Source of the DNA: Spirochaetota bacterium
GTDB lineage: Bacteria; Spirochaetota; UBA4802; JAFGDQ01
Length of the DNA stretch: 58,824 nucleotides
NCBI GenBank assembly: GCA_043803405.1
Contig: JAZDKB010000001.1
Coordinates: forward strand, 1 to 58,824
Direction: 5' to 3'
The notes below the pieces were generated by a model. It was not told where the DNA came from. It saw only the letters and a program-made list of their open reading frames with translations, and made no database searches. Below, piece after piece: positions 17,897-27,603 of the stretch (the stretch's first letter is position 1; every line of letters starts with the position of its first letter). A program made the position numbers and the translations under genes.

Positions 17897-18337
17897 CTAT
17901 TTCTTTAATACAGCGTATTCATACCCGTCAATAAGGACATGAAATGAAGCGGCGTTAATATTTTCGGAAAGGCAATATACCTGCCATACGTCCTCGCCGT
18001 CCGTGAAAATAATTGTTACTTCAACATCAGTGCTTGTTCCTCTTTTCGCATTAAGTATGTTTGCCCTGTAATCAATAAGCTCCACTTTCTCAATTTGCGG
18101 GAAAAGCGGGGTCAGCGCTTTTTTTAATACCTTGGCAAGCGCGTCAACAGGCCCGTTCCCGGTTGAAGCTTCATGTATATTCCGCCCGTTCGCTTCTATT
18201 TGCACTGTAGCTTCCGGGTCAAGTCCGTCGTCAATAAGCCTGTAGCCGCCGACAATCTTAAAAGGCGGAATGTATTTCTTTAAGGAGCGCGCTATTGTAA
18301 GTTCTCTTGTTGCGTCTTTTATTTCAAAGTTTAACAT
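17897..18337 (-). CDS. Stand-alone LeuA/CimA allosteric (regulatory) domain protein
   Basis: EATVQIE...EASTGNGPVDAL..L.KAL...P....V.L.DY...ENI..AS...L.DG.EY, with no catalytic TIM barrel. Start at MLNFE chosen to avoid overlap. Confidence 0.8.
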   Translation of the reverse strand: MLNFEIKDATRELTIARSLKKYIPPFKIVGGYRLIDDGLDPEATVQIEANGRNIHEASTGNGPVDALAKVLKKALTPLFPQIEKVELIDYRANILNAKRGTSTDVEVTIIFTDGEDVWQVYCLSENINAASFHVLIDGYEYAVLKK

Positions 18338-18360
18338 GATTCCAATTATATAAGATAGAT

Positions 18361-18798
18361 TTAATTTGAATAATCTTTTGTTAATTGATTTATAGTGCAA
18401 CCTGTCGACTCAGAAGGCAATGAAGCGCTATCAACTTTATCTCCATCTTCATATATATATATATCTATCGCATAAGAACAGTTAGTTCTAATTGCTTTAA
18501 TTGATAAATTATCTAAATCTTCTATGCTAGCCTCAAAATAAGAATAACCACCTAATTCCTGTATTCCAATTGTAGTAACTTTATAGGCACTAAGTACTCC
18601 AGTTGTGTCAGTTGAATTCTTTTCCGAAAAAAGTATAGGTCGGCTATCATTTACAAAATAATGCCCTCCTAATGGAAAAGCAGTTGGACAAGTTGTAACT
18701 ACTTGAAATTTTATTATGACTTCATCTTCTTTACACGACAAACAAACAACGCCAAATATAATCAGCAGGGAGATCGTCAGTTTTTTTAAAATCGTCAT
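18361..18798 (-). CDS. Hypothetical lipoprotein
   Basis: GGAGG RBS, MTILKK + hydrophobic stretch + CLSC lipobox. Confidence 0.6.
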   Translation of the reverse strand: MTILKKLTISLLIIFGVVCLSCKEDEVIIKFQVVTTCPTAFPLGGHYFVNDSRPILFSEKNSTDTTGVLSAYKVTTIGIQELGGYSYFEASIEDLDNLSIKAIRTNCSYAIDIYIYEDGDKVDSASLPSESTGCTINQLTKDYSN

Positions 18799-18837
18799 AG
18801 AACTGCCTCCGAAATAATAAAACACTTCCTAAAAAAT

Positions 18838-19377
18838 TTATTTTCCGCACCCGGCTTTTTTACTCATGTAATCCGCAAAAGAAACTTTAAGCTTGTAGCA
18901 TCCTTCGCTTATATATCTTAAAATGCCTGTAAAGACATCCGGTTTAATAAAACCCGGCACCTTATCGATCAGGTTGCCTTCTTCGTCCATAAACACTACC
19001 GTAGGCAATCCGCTTACTCCAAGCAAAGGAGCGAATCTGTCGGCTGTAGTCATATTTCCTTTATAAGTAATACTTTCTCTTCTTTGTGTATCTATCCTTA
19101 TTGCAATAAAGTCGCGGTTTAAAATTTTGGTTACTTCTTCGTTTGAAAAGGTTTCCCTGTCCATCACCTTGCACCAGTGGCACCAGTCCGCGTAGAAATC
19201 AATGATTACAGGTTTTTTCTGACCTAACGCTTTAGACATTCCTGCATTAAAAGATTCCCATTTTACCTGAGCGTTTTGCGCGACCTGCGGTTTAACTTTT
19301 TCGGATGAATCGGGGCTTTCCGGACAACCCAAAATGAAAACTGTTATTATAAATATTAATATTAATTTATATTTCAT
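18838..19377 (-). CDS. Thioredoxin-fold lipoprotein (SoxW/DsbD-gamma-like)
   Basis: ILGC lipobox, DFYADWCHWC, GLPTVVFMD..G. Confidence 0.85.
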   Translation of the reverse strand: MKYKLILIFIITVFILGCPESPDSSEKVKPQVAQNAQVKWESFNAGMSKALGQKKPVIIDFYADWCHWCKVMDRETFSNEEVTKILNRDFIAIRIDTQRRESITYKGNMTTADRFAPLLGVSGLPTVVFMDEEGNLIDKVPGFIKPDVFTGILRYISEGCYKLKVSFADYMSKKAGCGK

Positions 19378-19386
19378 TAAATTATT

Positions 19387-20004
19387 TTAAAACACCACAG
19401 TCTGATCCGGTTCAACAGTGAAGCCTGTTTTGCAGTCCGGGCAAATGTATTCGCCGCTTTTCTTTACTCTTATCATGCCTTTGCATTCTGCGCATTCAAG
19501 TATAATGGGATGATCGAATGTCTTTTCTCCGGATGACTCTTCCTCCGAATTGCTGTTGGAAAGTTCCTTTACTACTTCGGGTTGCGCTCTAAAGGAATCC
19601 AGCGCTTCTTTTTTAATAACAGCCTTTCCCCGCATTTCGCTTTCAATGAGCGTTATCTGTTTCTGCATTATGCTTAAAGCTTCTTCTTTGCTGTTTGCAA
19701 GCTTAATGATTTTATCGAATCCCAGCATTTTATAGATTGTGGCAATTTCTTCGGAAATATTGCATACGATAAAGAATCCCTTGGAAGACAATATTTTCTT
19801 CTGCGTGTAAAGAAAAACCCCGAATCCCGCGGAACTAATGTATGTTAAATTTTTTGCATTTATAATAACGAAAAATTTCTTCTTCAGCAACAGCTGATTT
19901 ATATAATCTTCAAAATCAGGGCTTGTCTCTGAATCCAGGGCGCCTTTTAGTTCAATAAGTACTACTTTTCCTTCCAGGTCTTCTGTATGATTAATAAAAA
20001 TCAT
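19387..20004 (-). CDS. STAS anti-sigma-factor antagonist with C-terminal zinc ribbon
   Basis: L.GALD, LTYISSAG STAS motif, C-terminal CAEC...CPDC. Confidence 0.8.
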   Translation of the reverse strand: MIFINHTEDLEGKVVLIELKGALDSETSPDFEDYINQLLLKKKFFVIINAKNLTYISSAGFGVFLYTQKKILSSKGFFIVCNISEEIATIYKMLGFDKIIKLANSKEEALSIMQKQITLIESEMRGKAVIKKEALDSFRAQPEVVKELSNSNSEEESSGEKTFDHPIILECAECKGMIRVKKSGEYICPDCKTGFTVEPDQTVVF

Positions 20005-20015
20005 AGAATATACCT

Positions 20016-20921
20016 CTATTTTTCTTTGACTAGTATTGCGTCTTTTATTTTATTCTTACCAGTTATTATAATATCTTTTATTTTAACAGAATGTTTTACT
20101 TTTATTGCTTCCTTGAGGCTTTTTTCATTAAAATTTTCCTGTTTGTCAATATTATTACTGCCGATATCTTCCACTATTGTAATTTTATTTTTTCTTATGC
20201 TCCTGTACCTGAAATATACTATTAAAGAAATAAATAAAGATAAAATAAATGATATTGAGGCAAGAATAATAGATAGTTTTACCGTATTATTTAAATGTTC
20301 AAGTAAAAAATTATTTATTCTGTTTTTGCTTATGATAAAGCTGATACATCCGATGCTTTTAGTATTAACAATCACAGCCTTTGTAACCAGCCAGCCTGAA
20401 ACATCTATTTTAGGATAAACATACGACTTAATTAACCTGGTTATTTCTTTAGGGAACGGCAACTTTTTGTTTCCGCCGTATATATGGTAATCCATAAACT
20501 GGGCATGTTCAACTTTTGTCCAGATCGGGAGCATTATAAGGTCTATATTGTAGGCAAATTCGTCGGTAGCTATGTTTCCCTTCAGTTCTTTTTCGATTTC
20601 CGGGCTTGAGTGAACGATAATTTTGCCGTCGGAAAGCACAAAAAATCCTTCAGCAATAACACTTGCCTGTATTTTTTCCCTGAATAACCTGTTTAGCTTT
20701 GCCAGATCATTGTTTTTATAGCTGAGTTCGGCTACATTTGCGAAAGCTTCGGCAAGCGGAATTGAGTAATCACGCGTATATTTCTCCATCTCTGCTACAC
20801 GGCTTGTGGTTTCAAAATAAAAATAAGCGGCAGAAACAGCAGCAGAAAGTATAAGCATTACTAAAAATATAATAAAAAAGATTCCGATTGGGATAACGCT
20901 TTTTTTCTTTTTTTCTTCCAT
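20016..20921 (-). CDS. Two-TM membrane protein with periplasmic Cache-like domain
   Basis: Two hydrophobic helices flank a ~200 aa domain containing FFVLSDGKIIVHS. Short cytoplasmic tail with no output domain. Confidence 0.55.
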   Translation of the reverse strand: MEEKKKKSVIPIGIFFIIFLVMLILSAAVSAAYFYFETTSRVAEMEKYTRDYSIPLAEAFANVAELSYKNNDLAKLNRLFREKIQASVIAEGFFVLSDGKIIVHSSPEIEKELKGNIATDEFAYNIDLIMLPIWTKVEHAQFMDYHIYGGNKKLPFPKEITRLIKSYVYPKIDVSGWLVTKAVIVNTKSIGCISFIISKNRINNFLLEHLNNTVKLSIILASISFILSLFISLIVYFRYRSIRKNKITIVEDIGSNNIDKQENFNEKSLKEAIKVKHSVKIKDIIITGKNKIKDAILVKEK

Positions 20922-21218
20922 GGGCGATGTTCTGAAAATATTTTTAATGTGGATTATGAATTATCCTGCTTTTATTTTCGGCATATAAGCCGGATAATTT
21001 CATATAAGGTTAATGCAAATATATACAGATTCTTTTCCAAACACAAGTAATTTATTTTAAGAGCATTCAAAGACATGCCATATGTTATATTCGTAGTAAA
21101 TATAAGTCTCCTGGACGCAACATAAGAATTTATTTCAATGGATCAATTTGCATTGCATGAATTACTGACTCCCTGAGCTCCGACTAGCATCTAAAGAAAC
21201 AGGCTCTAAATTTATTCT

Positions 21219-23207
21219 TTAGCTTTTAATATAATCCTTAACCCGCTTAACAATATTTTCAACTGTAAAACCGAACTTTTCAGCAAGTATGTTATGAGGC
21301 GCGGATGCTCCGAACGATTCGATAGTAAAATAGACCGCCTTTTCGCCGGCATAGCGCTCCCAACCCATCCTGATGCCGAGTTCAACAACAGCGCGCTTTT
21401 GTACGGAGCCCGGCAAAACAGTATTTTTGTATTCATCCGGCTGTTTGTCGAAAAGCTCCCACGATGGAAACGATACAACCCGCGTATTTATTCCTTCAGC
21501 TTTCAGTTTCTTTGCAGCTTCAATAGAAAGGCTCACTTCCGATCCGCTTGCTAAAAAGATCATATCCGGATCTGGCTGAGGATTATACGCGATGTACGCG
21601 CCCTTGTGAAGATTCTGCGCTCCGCCGGCAGTGTCCTTTTGCACAATCGGAATGTCCTGGCGTGTCAGTATAAGAGCAGTGGGGCCATTTTTGTTTTCGA
21701 TCGCGGCAAGCCATGCTTCCGAGGTCTCATCGGCGTCCGCAGGCCGGATTACAGTAAGGTTGGGTATTGCTCTCGCAGATGCAAGATGCTCAATGGGCTG
21801 ATGAGTGGGCCCGTCCTCGCCTACAAAGATCGAATCGTGCGTGAAAACGTAAATGCAGTGCAGTTTGCTGAGCGCTGCCAGGCGCACAGGCGGCCTCATG
21901 TAATCAAGGAAAGCGAAGAAAGTCGCGCTATAAGGGAGAAGCCCGCCGTAATACGCAATGCCGTTCTGTATTGCGCCCATTGCGTGCTCCCTTATACCGA
22001 AATGCAGGTTGCGCCCCACTTTGCCCTTTCCGGATTCGCTGTAGCCTTTTACGAAAGTTTTGTTGCTTGGAGCAAGGTCTGCAGAGCCGCCTATTAGTCC
22101 CGGACATTCCGCGAACAATGCTTCTATAATTTTTCCGCTAGCGTTCCTTGTGGCAGTGCCTTTTGAAGCATCAAAACGAGGCATTTTTTTTCTTAATGCA
22201 TCAATATCCGGAGAGACAAAAAAGCGATCCCACTTGCTTTTCAAGCCGCCATTCATTGCTGCGTTAAAATTATTTGTCCATTCGTCATATATCTTTTTAA
22301 GTTCTTTTTGTCTTTCTTTAAAAAGGTCATAGACATTGGTGGATATGCAAAACGGCGATCCCAATTCGCAGCCGATATTATTTTTAGTTTCGTTTATGGC
22401 ATCTTTGCCCAAAGGGGATCCATGCGCAGACTCATTGCCTTCTTTGGACGGGCAGCCTTTTGCGATAACAGTCCTCGCAATAATGATCGACGGCTTAGCT
22501 GTTTCTTTCTGTGCGTTTATAACCGCGTTATAAATTGCGTCGTGATCGTAGCCGTCTGCTTTCTGTACATGCCAGTTGTACGATCTGAATCTTTCCTCAA
22601 CATTTTCCGAGAATGCCAGGTCCGTGCTTCCTTCAATCGTAATCCTGTTGTCGTCATAAATAAATATAATATTGCCGAGGCCCATGTGGCCTGCCAGCGA
22701 GCCGGCTTCGGACGAAATGCCCTCCATCAGGTCGCCGTCGCTTACTATAGCGTAAATAAAATGATCGATTATGCTGGTTCCGCCTGCATTGAATTCATTC
22801 GCCAGAACCTTCGAAGCTATTGCCATCCCGACTGCGTTTGCGAACCCCTGTCCGAGAGGTCCCGTCGTAGTATCAACTCCGGGAGTGCAACCGAATTCCG
22901 GATGCCCCGGCGTAATCGACCCAAGCTGGCGGAAATTCTTTATATCGTCGGCTGATATCCCGTACCCGGCAAGATGCAGAGCGGAATAAAGAAGCATTGA
23001 CCCGTGTCCGGCTGACAAAACAAACCTGTCGCGGTTGATCCACTTCGGATCAGAAGGATTATATTTCATTACTTTGTACCAGAGCACGGCAGCAATATCG
23101 GCGCAGCCCAGAGGCATACCAGGGTGTCCTGAGTTCGCTTTCTCTACCGCGTCCATAGAAAGCACTCTTATGGAATTTGCTATTAACTTCAAATCTTCGT
23201 TATTCAT
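21219..23207 (-). CDS. tkt: Transketolase
   Basis: ANSGHPGMPLG, DRFVLSAGHGSMLLY, TTGPLGQG, DGDLMEG, FGIREHAM, THDSIFVGEDGPTHQPIEH. Confidence 0.97.
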   Translation of the reverse strand: MNNEDLKLIANSIRVLSMDAVEKANSGHPGMPLGCADIAAVLWYKVMKYNPSDPKWINRDRFVLSAGHGSMLLYSALHLAGYGISADDIKNFRQLGSITPGHPEFGCTPGVDTTTGPLGQGFANAVGMAIASKVLANEFNAGGTSIIDHFIYAIVSDGDLMEGISSEAGSLAGHMGLGNIIFIYDDNRITIEGSTDLAFSENVEERFRSYNWHVQKADGYDHDAIYNAVINAQKETAKPSIIIARTVIAKGCPSKEGNESAHGSPLGKDAINETKNNIGCELGSPFCISTNVYDLFKERQKELKKIYDEWTNNFNAAMNGGLKSKWDRFFVSPDIDALRKKMPRFDASKGTATRNASGKIIEALFAECPGLIGGSADLAPSNKTFVKGYSESGKGKVGRNLHFGIREHAMGAIQNGIAYYGGLLPYSATFFAFLDYMRPPVRLAALSKLHCIYVFTHDSIFVGEDGPTHQPIEHLASARAIPNLTVIRPADADETSEAWLAAIENKNGPTALILTRQDIPIVQKDTAGGAQNLHKGAYIAYNPQPDPDMIFLASGSEVSLSIEAAKKLKAEGINTRVVSFPSWELFDKQPDEYKNTVLPGSVQKRAVVELGIRMGWERYAGEKAVYFTIESFGASAPHNILAEKFGFTVENIVKRVKDYIKS

Positions 23208-23334
23208 TTTTATATCTACACACTCTTTATTATTATTTTTTATTAAAATCAATAAACCTGTTTTGCTTAATAAAATAATATTCTATATAATTTAACTAAA
23301 TGATATGCTAATGGAAAAATATGTGTTTAAGGTT

Positions 23335-23404
23335 CCCCTCTCCCGGATTACTCAACCCCCTCTGCCTAAAAAGCAAAATTACGGGAGAGGGTTAGGGGTG
23401 AGGG
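23335..23404. repeat. GC-rich REP-like palindrome (CCCTCTCCCG...CGGGAGAGGG TTAGGGGTGAGGG)
   Basis: 10-bp perfect arms plus a G-rich tail in intergenic DNA. Similar in style to the element at 58675-58818. Confidence 0.55.
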
Positions 23405-23468
23405 CATTTCAAGTTTCTCTTTTATTAAATTTTATACTAACATTCCACAATAACCAAGAACTGCCTTT

Positions 23469-24137
23469 CTAAGAAAGAACTACAAGACTGTCTACTGCAA
23501 TGGGTTTCCCGTTAGCTATAATGAGAGGATTAACGTCTATCTCCGCAATCTCTTTATAGTCAAGAGCAAGGTTCCCCAGCCCTACAAGCACCTTTGCCAG
23601 CATCGGTTTATCGACTCCGGGGCTACCCCTGAATTCATCCAGCAGCCTGCTTGTTTTAATCTCGTTTATCATCTCAAGAGCGTCCGCTTCCTTAAGCGGA
23701 GCAACTCTAAAGCTGACATCCTTTAAAACTTCGGCGAATATACCGCCAAGGCCGAACATAACGCATGGCCCGAACTGCGGATCACGCGACAGCCCCATAA
23801 TGAATTCCCTGCCTCCGTTTATCATTTCCTGCACCAGAACGCCGTCTAGTTCGGCGCCCTTACCCATTATTTCGTCATAAGCCTTTGAAAGCTCATTATC
23901 GTTATCAATCCTAAGTTTTACAAGGCCAAGCTCGGTTTTATGAGCGACCTTATGGCCTGAGCCCTTTAAAGCAACCGGATAGCCTATTTCTTTTGCCATT
24001 TTAAGCGCCTCTGCCTTTGAACCTGCTAAAAATTCCTTCGTGACCGGTACCCCGGCAGATTTAAGGATTTTTTTGGACTCAAATTCGGACAGTGTTTTCT
24101 GGCCGTTTTTAACTGCATTTACTAAAATTTCTTTCAT
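23469..24137 (-). CDS. ADP-forming acyl/acetate-CoA ligase beta subunit (ATP-grasp)
   Basis: LSEFESK.IL...G.P, IGYPVALK...HKTE.G.V, VLVQEM, DPQFGP.VMFGLGG, EIDVNPL. Confidence 0.85.
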   Translation of the reverse strand: MKEILVNAVKNGQKTLSEFESKKILKSAGVPVTKEFLAGSKAEALKMAKEIGYPVALKGSGHKVAHKTELGLVKLRIDNDNELSKAYDEIMGKGAELDGVLVQEMINGGREFIMGLSRDPQFGPCVMFGLGGIFAEVLKDVSFRVAPLKEADALEMINEIKTSRLLDEFRGSPGVDKPMLAKVLVGLGNLALDYKEIAEIDVNPLIIANGKPIAVDSLVVLS

Positions 24138-24386
24138 AAATTCTTCTTTTGTATATTATAAAATAATATTTTGTTATTACTTGTATTTTACAAAGTCCAG
24201 TCAAGTAATTTATGTAAAAAGTAATTTCACAGGAATATGATTATTCTCATTCCCTGATGTTTAAAAAAAATGTATAATAATGGCTTTGTAAGCAAAGAAT
24301 GGAGCTTTTTTATATAAAAAGCGTATTTTTGATGATCGGAGCATCTCCGAGATGGTACGGAGCCTGCGAGATGGTCGCGAGAGCCT

Positions 24387-24413
24387 ATAGGGGCGAATAA
24401 TCATTCGCCCTAC
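24387..24413. repeat. GTAG-type REP-like palindrome
   Basis: ATAGGGGCGAAT-AATC-ATTCGCCCTAC. The CTAC end reads GTAG on the minus strand, like REPs associated with Y1 (RAYT) transposases. Confidence 0.5.
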
Positions 24414-24515
24414 ATATGTTTATTTTAAATCAATATAAAATTAAAAATATTTATTGATTTAATACTTACTCTTATATATCTTTTTGATATTTTTACAGCA
24501 AACATTCTGGATAAA

Positions 24516-27491
24516 ATGAAAAAAACAATAATTATTATTTCGATGCTGCTTATTACAGCTTCTAAACTATACGCGGCATTGCTGTTTGATCCGCAGCTTG
24601 AATGGCGCTCTATTCAGACAAAACATTTCTGGATACACTATCATCAGGGGATTGAGGTTGAAGCAGTAAAGCTTTCCGTAATAGCGGAAAAAGTCCACGA
24701 GCGGCTGTCCCCGCTTATACAGTGGCAGCCGAAGCTCAGAACCGACGTTGTGCTGGTAGACAACTTTTACACTGCAAACGGCTCCGCTACGCCTTTCCCG
24801 TTTAACCGCATAGAGATTTATTTAACAAGGCCCGAACTCGACAGCGTTTTAAATAATTTCGACAGCTGGCTCGAGATGGTCTTTACGCATGAATACACGC
24901 ATATACTTAACCTGGATACTGTTTACGGGTTCCCTGCTATTACAAGATACGCATTCGGCAGATGCTGCTTCCCCAACATGTATCTGCCAACCTGGATGCT
25001 GGAAGGGAACGCTGTTTACCACGAGTCCGATTATTCAAAGTTCGGGCGTAACAACAGCACATACACAGACATGGTAATGAGGACTGAAATATTATACAAA
25101 AACTTTAAGCCTATAAGCGACGCGTCAAATTATCCAAGGGAATGGCCTATTGGCAATGTGCCCTATCTTTACGGCGGCCTGTTTGTAGATTACCTGGAAA
25201 AGAAATACGGTAAAGGAAGATTTGAAAATGTAATGACCAATAATTCCTATAATATTTTACCGTACAGCGACAATGTACACTATTCTTTACTTCTTATATT
25301 CCCATTTTTTACTCATACTCCGTGGTTTTGGTATAGTGCCAGCGAGTGGGAATATGGAGAAGGACAAACATCCCGCATTCTCTGGAAAGAATGGGAAGAA
25401 TTTATAAAGATTAAATACGACAGGCAAATTGAGAATATAAAAAACCGGCAGCTGACATCTTATAAAAAAATAACATACAGCGGTTATCTCACAACTATTC
25501 CCAGGTGGAGCCGGAACGGAAAGGATATTTATTATATCAGAAATACGAACTATGACAAGTCCGCACTTATAAAGCATTCGCTGGAAACCGGGGACTATAA
25601 AATCCTGTGCAAGGTCAATGATCCCAACAGCCTGTCGGTTTCGGGAAATGGCAGGATATTTGTCTCGGATGCGGAATATTACAGGTCGTTCTCCATATTT
25701 AATGAAGCTTTTGTTTACGATTACAGCTACAGAAAACTCACAAGCAAACTCAAAGGCAGCTATATTGACGCAAGCCCGGACGGGGCAAAGATTTGCTTTG
25801 TAAAACAGGACGCGGGCAGATTCTCACTGATACTGGCAGACCAGTCGTTTAATAATTTTGAAAGCATAATAGACAGGAGCGATATACAGATCGCTTTCCC
25901 TAGGTTCTCGCCCGACGGCAAAAAGATTGTCTTTACTTTAAAAGAGAAAAACGGGAACACCGACCTCGCCGTGCTGGACATTGCGGGCAGGAACATGCAA
26001 AGGCTTACGAACGATGACTACAATGACATACACGCGACCTGGCATCCGGACGGGGATAAAATTATCTTTGTTTCGGACAGGGACAAGGTATATAATTTGT
26101 TCGAATATGATCTGAAAAACAAAGCAATATATAAAATAACGAACGTTCTTGGGGGCGCCTTCTCTCCGGATGTGTCTCCGGACGGGAGCAGGATTGTTTT
26201 TTCCTGCTATGAGAAAAACGGTTTTGATATTGCTGTAGCGGATTATCCGCAAAAGACTTCAAAGCCGGAAAATGCCGACATAAAAAACCTGCCCGCAGAA
26301 TTTTTCGGTTCAGCTGAGCAATCCGTTCTGAATAATCAAATCAGCACTGAAAAATATAACGTCTTTAATTCGCTTATACCAGCGTTCTGGTACCCGGTTT
26401 TCGGGAATTATGAAGTATATCATGGAAAGTACGAGTATGTACTCGGAGGTTCAACCCTGGGATGGGATACCCTGTATAAAAACATGTATCTACTCACTGC
26501 TTATGCCTATACTTATGAAAAAAGAGCGAACATAGACGCATATTATTTATTCGGCTACCTTTACCCTGATATTATTTTGCAGTATCACGATGATACGCTT
26601 TTCTTCGGAGAAGATAAATTCCCATGGGAAGATAAAAACACAAGGCCGCTTAAAAGAGAAATGGAACGGTCCGGCATAGCAGGGATTGCATTCCCGTTCT
26701 ATTATTATCTCAGTTATCATGTAATCTCGTTTTCCTATAAATACGAGAAGTCCATAACGGACAGGTACGAACCGCCGAACACAGTCTTTAATTATAAAGA
26801 TATTGAAGCAAGAGTGCGGGCAAAATACATGTACTCAAACGCGCTTGAATATTCCTATTCCATAAGCAAGGAAGACGGCAGGGACTTTTTTATTGCTTAT
26901 GATGCCTACAGAAAAGAGATAGGGTCGGATTTTACTTATTCCAAAGTAATGGGAGAATACGCTGAATATCTTCCGGGTATAGGCAGAAACAATGTCATTA
27001 TGCCGCGCATCCGGGGCGGCGCCTCGTTCGGCAACCCGGATCACAAGTCTCCGTATCCTATCGGCCGGTTCCAGAAAGGCGATATTACATCGCCTGCGAC
27101 AGATGAAGACGAGTTCGGTTTAAGAGGATATCCCTACGGCGGAATATTCGGGAACAGAATAGCTGTCGGGGCGCTCGAATACCGCTTCCCTGTTTTGCAG
27201 AAGGATTTCGGGCTCGGCACTTTCCCGCTCATGTTCCGCGATCTTTGGTTGACACTTTTTGCCGAATATGGGAATGTGTGGAATAATGAAATAAATACCT
27301 GCGACTTTAAAAAGAGCGCGGGCATTGAACTCAACCTGAGAATTACCCTCGGATATTACATAAATCTTCAGGGGTACATCGGCTTTGCAAGAGGATTTGA
27401 CAAATACGGCGAAGATCAGGTATATTTTGCAATAAGCACACTTTTTGAAGGAGCTCTTAAAAATAATTATAAATGGCTTGATTATTTATAA
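24516..27491 (+). CDS. Exported protein: gluzincin-like peptidase domain + TolB/PD40 beta-propeller + Omp85/BamA-like barrel
   Basis: Signal peptide. HEYTH...WMLEG zincin motif. Repeated SPDG..I.F PD40 motifs. C-terminal LRGYP...EYRFP...F.EYGNVW...SAGIEL barrel motifs. Confidence 0.8.
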   Translation: MKKTIIIISMLLITASKLYAALLFDPQLEWRSIQTKHFWIHYHQGIEVEAVKLSVIAEKVHERLSPLIQWQPKLRTDVVLVDNFYTANGSATPFPFNRIEIYLTRPELDSVLNNFDSWLEMVFTHEYTHILNLDTVYGFPAITRYAFGRCCFPNMYLPTWMLEGNAVYHESDYSKFGRNNSTYTDMVMRTEILYKNFKPISDASNYPREWPIGNVPYLYGGLFVDYLEKKYGKGRFENVMTNNSYNILPYSDNVHYSLLLIFPFFTHTPWFWYSASEWEYGEGQTSRILWKEWEEFIKIKYDRQIENIKNRQLTSYKKITYSGYLTTIPRWSRNGKDIYYIRNTNYDKSALIKHSLETGDYKILCKVNDPNSLSVSGNGRIFVSDAEYYRSFSIFNEAFVYDYSYRKLTSKLKGSYIDASPDGAKICFVKQDAGRFSLILADQSFNNFESIIDRSDIQIAFPRFSPDGKKIVFTLKEKNGNTDLAVLDIAGRNMQRLTNDDYNDIHATWHPDGDKIIFVSDRDKVYNLFEYDLKNKAIYKITNVLGGAFSPDVSPDGSRIVFSCYEKNGFDIAVADYPQKTSKPENADIKNLPAEFFGSAEQSVLNNQISTEKYNVFNSLIPAFWYPVFGNYEVYHGKYEYVLGGSTLGWDTLYKNMYLLTAYAYTYEKRANIDAYYLFGYLYPDIILQYHDDTLFFGEDKFPWEDKNTRPLKREMERSGIAGIAFPFYYYLSYHVISFSYKYEKSITDRYEPPNTVFNYKDIEARVRAKYMYSNALEYSYSISKEDGRDFFIAYDAYRKEIGSDFTYSKVMGEYAEYLPGIGRNNVIMPRIRGGASFGNPDHKSPYPIGRFQKGDITSPATDEDEFGLRGYPYGGIFGNRIAVGALEYRFPVLQKDFGLGTFPLMFRDLWLTLFAEYGNVWNNEINTCDFKKSAGIELNLRITLGYYINLQGYIGFARGFDKYGEDQVYFAISTLFEGALKNNYKWLDYL

Positions 27492-27603
27492 TTATTTATT
27501 ACTTAAGTATCTAAATTAGTTTCTAGGGAAGAATTCACGCTTCGACGATAAAATACGCCGCAAGCGTTGGAAAGCCTATTATTCACCGGGAACTAAATTA
27601 TTA

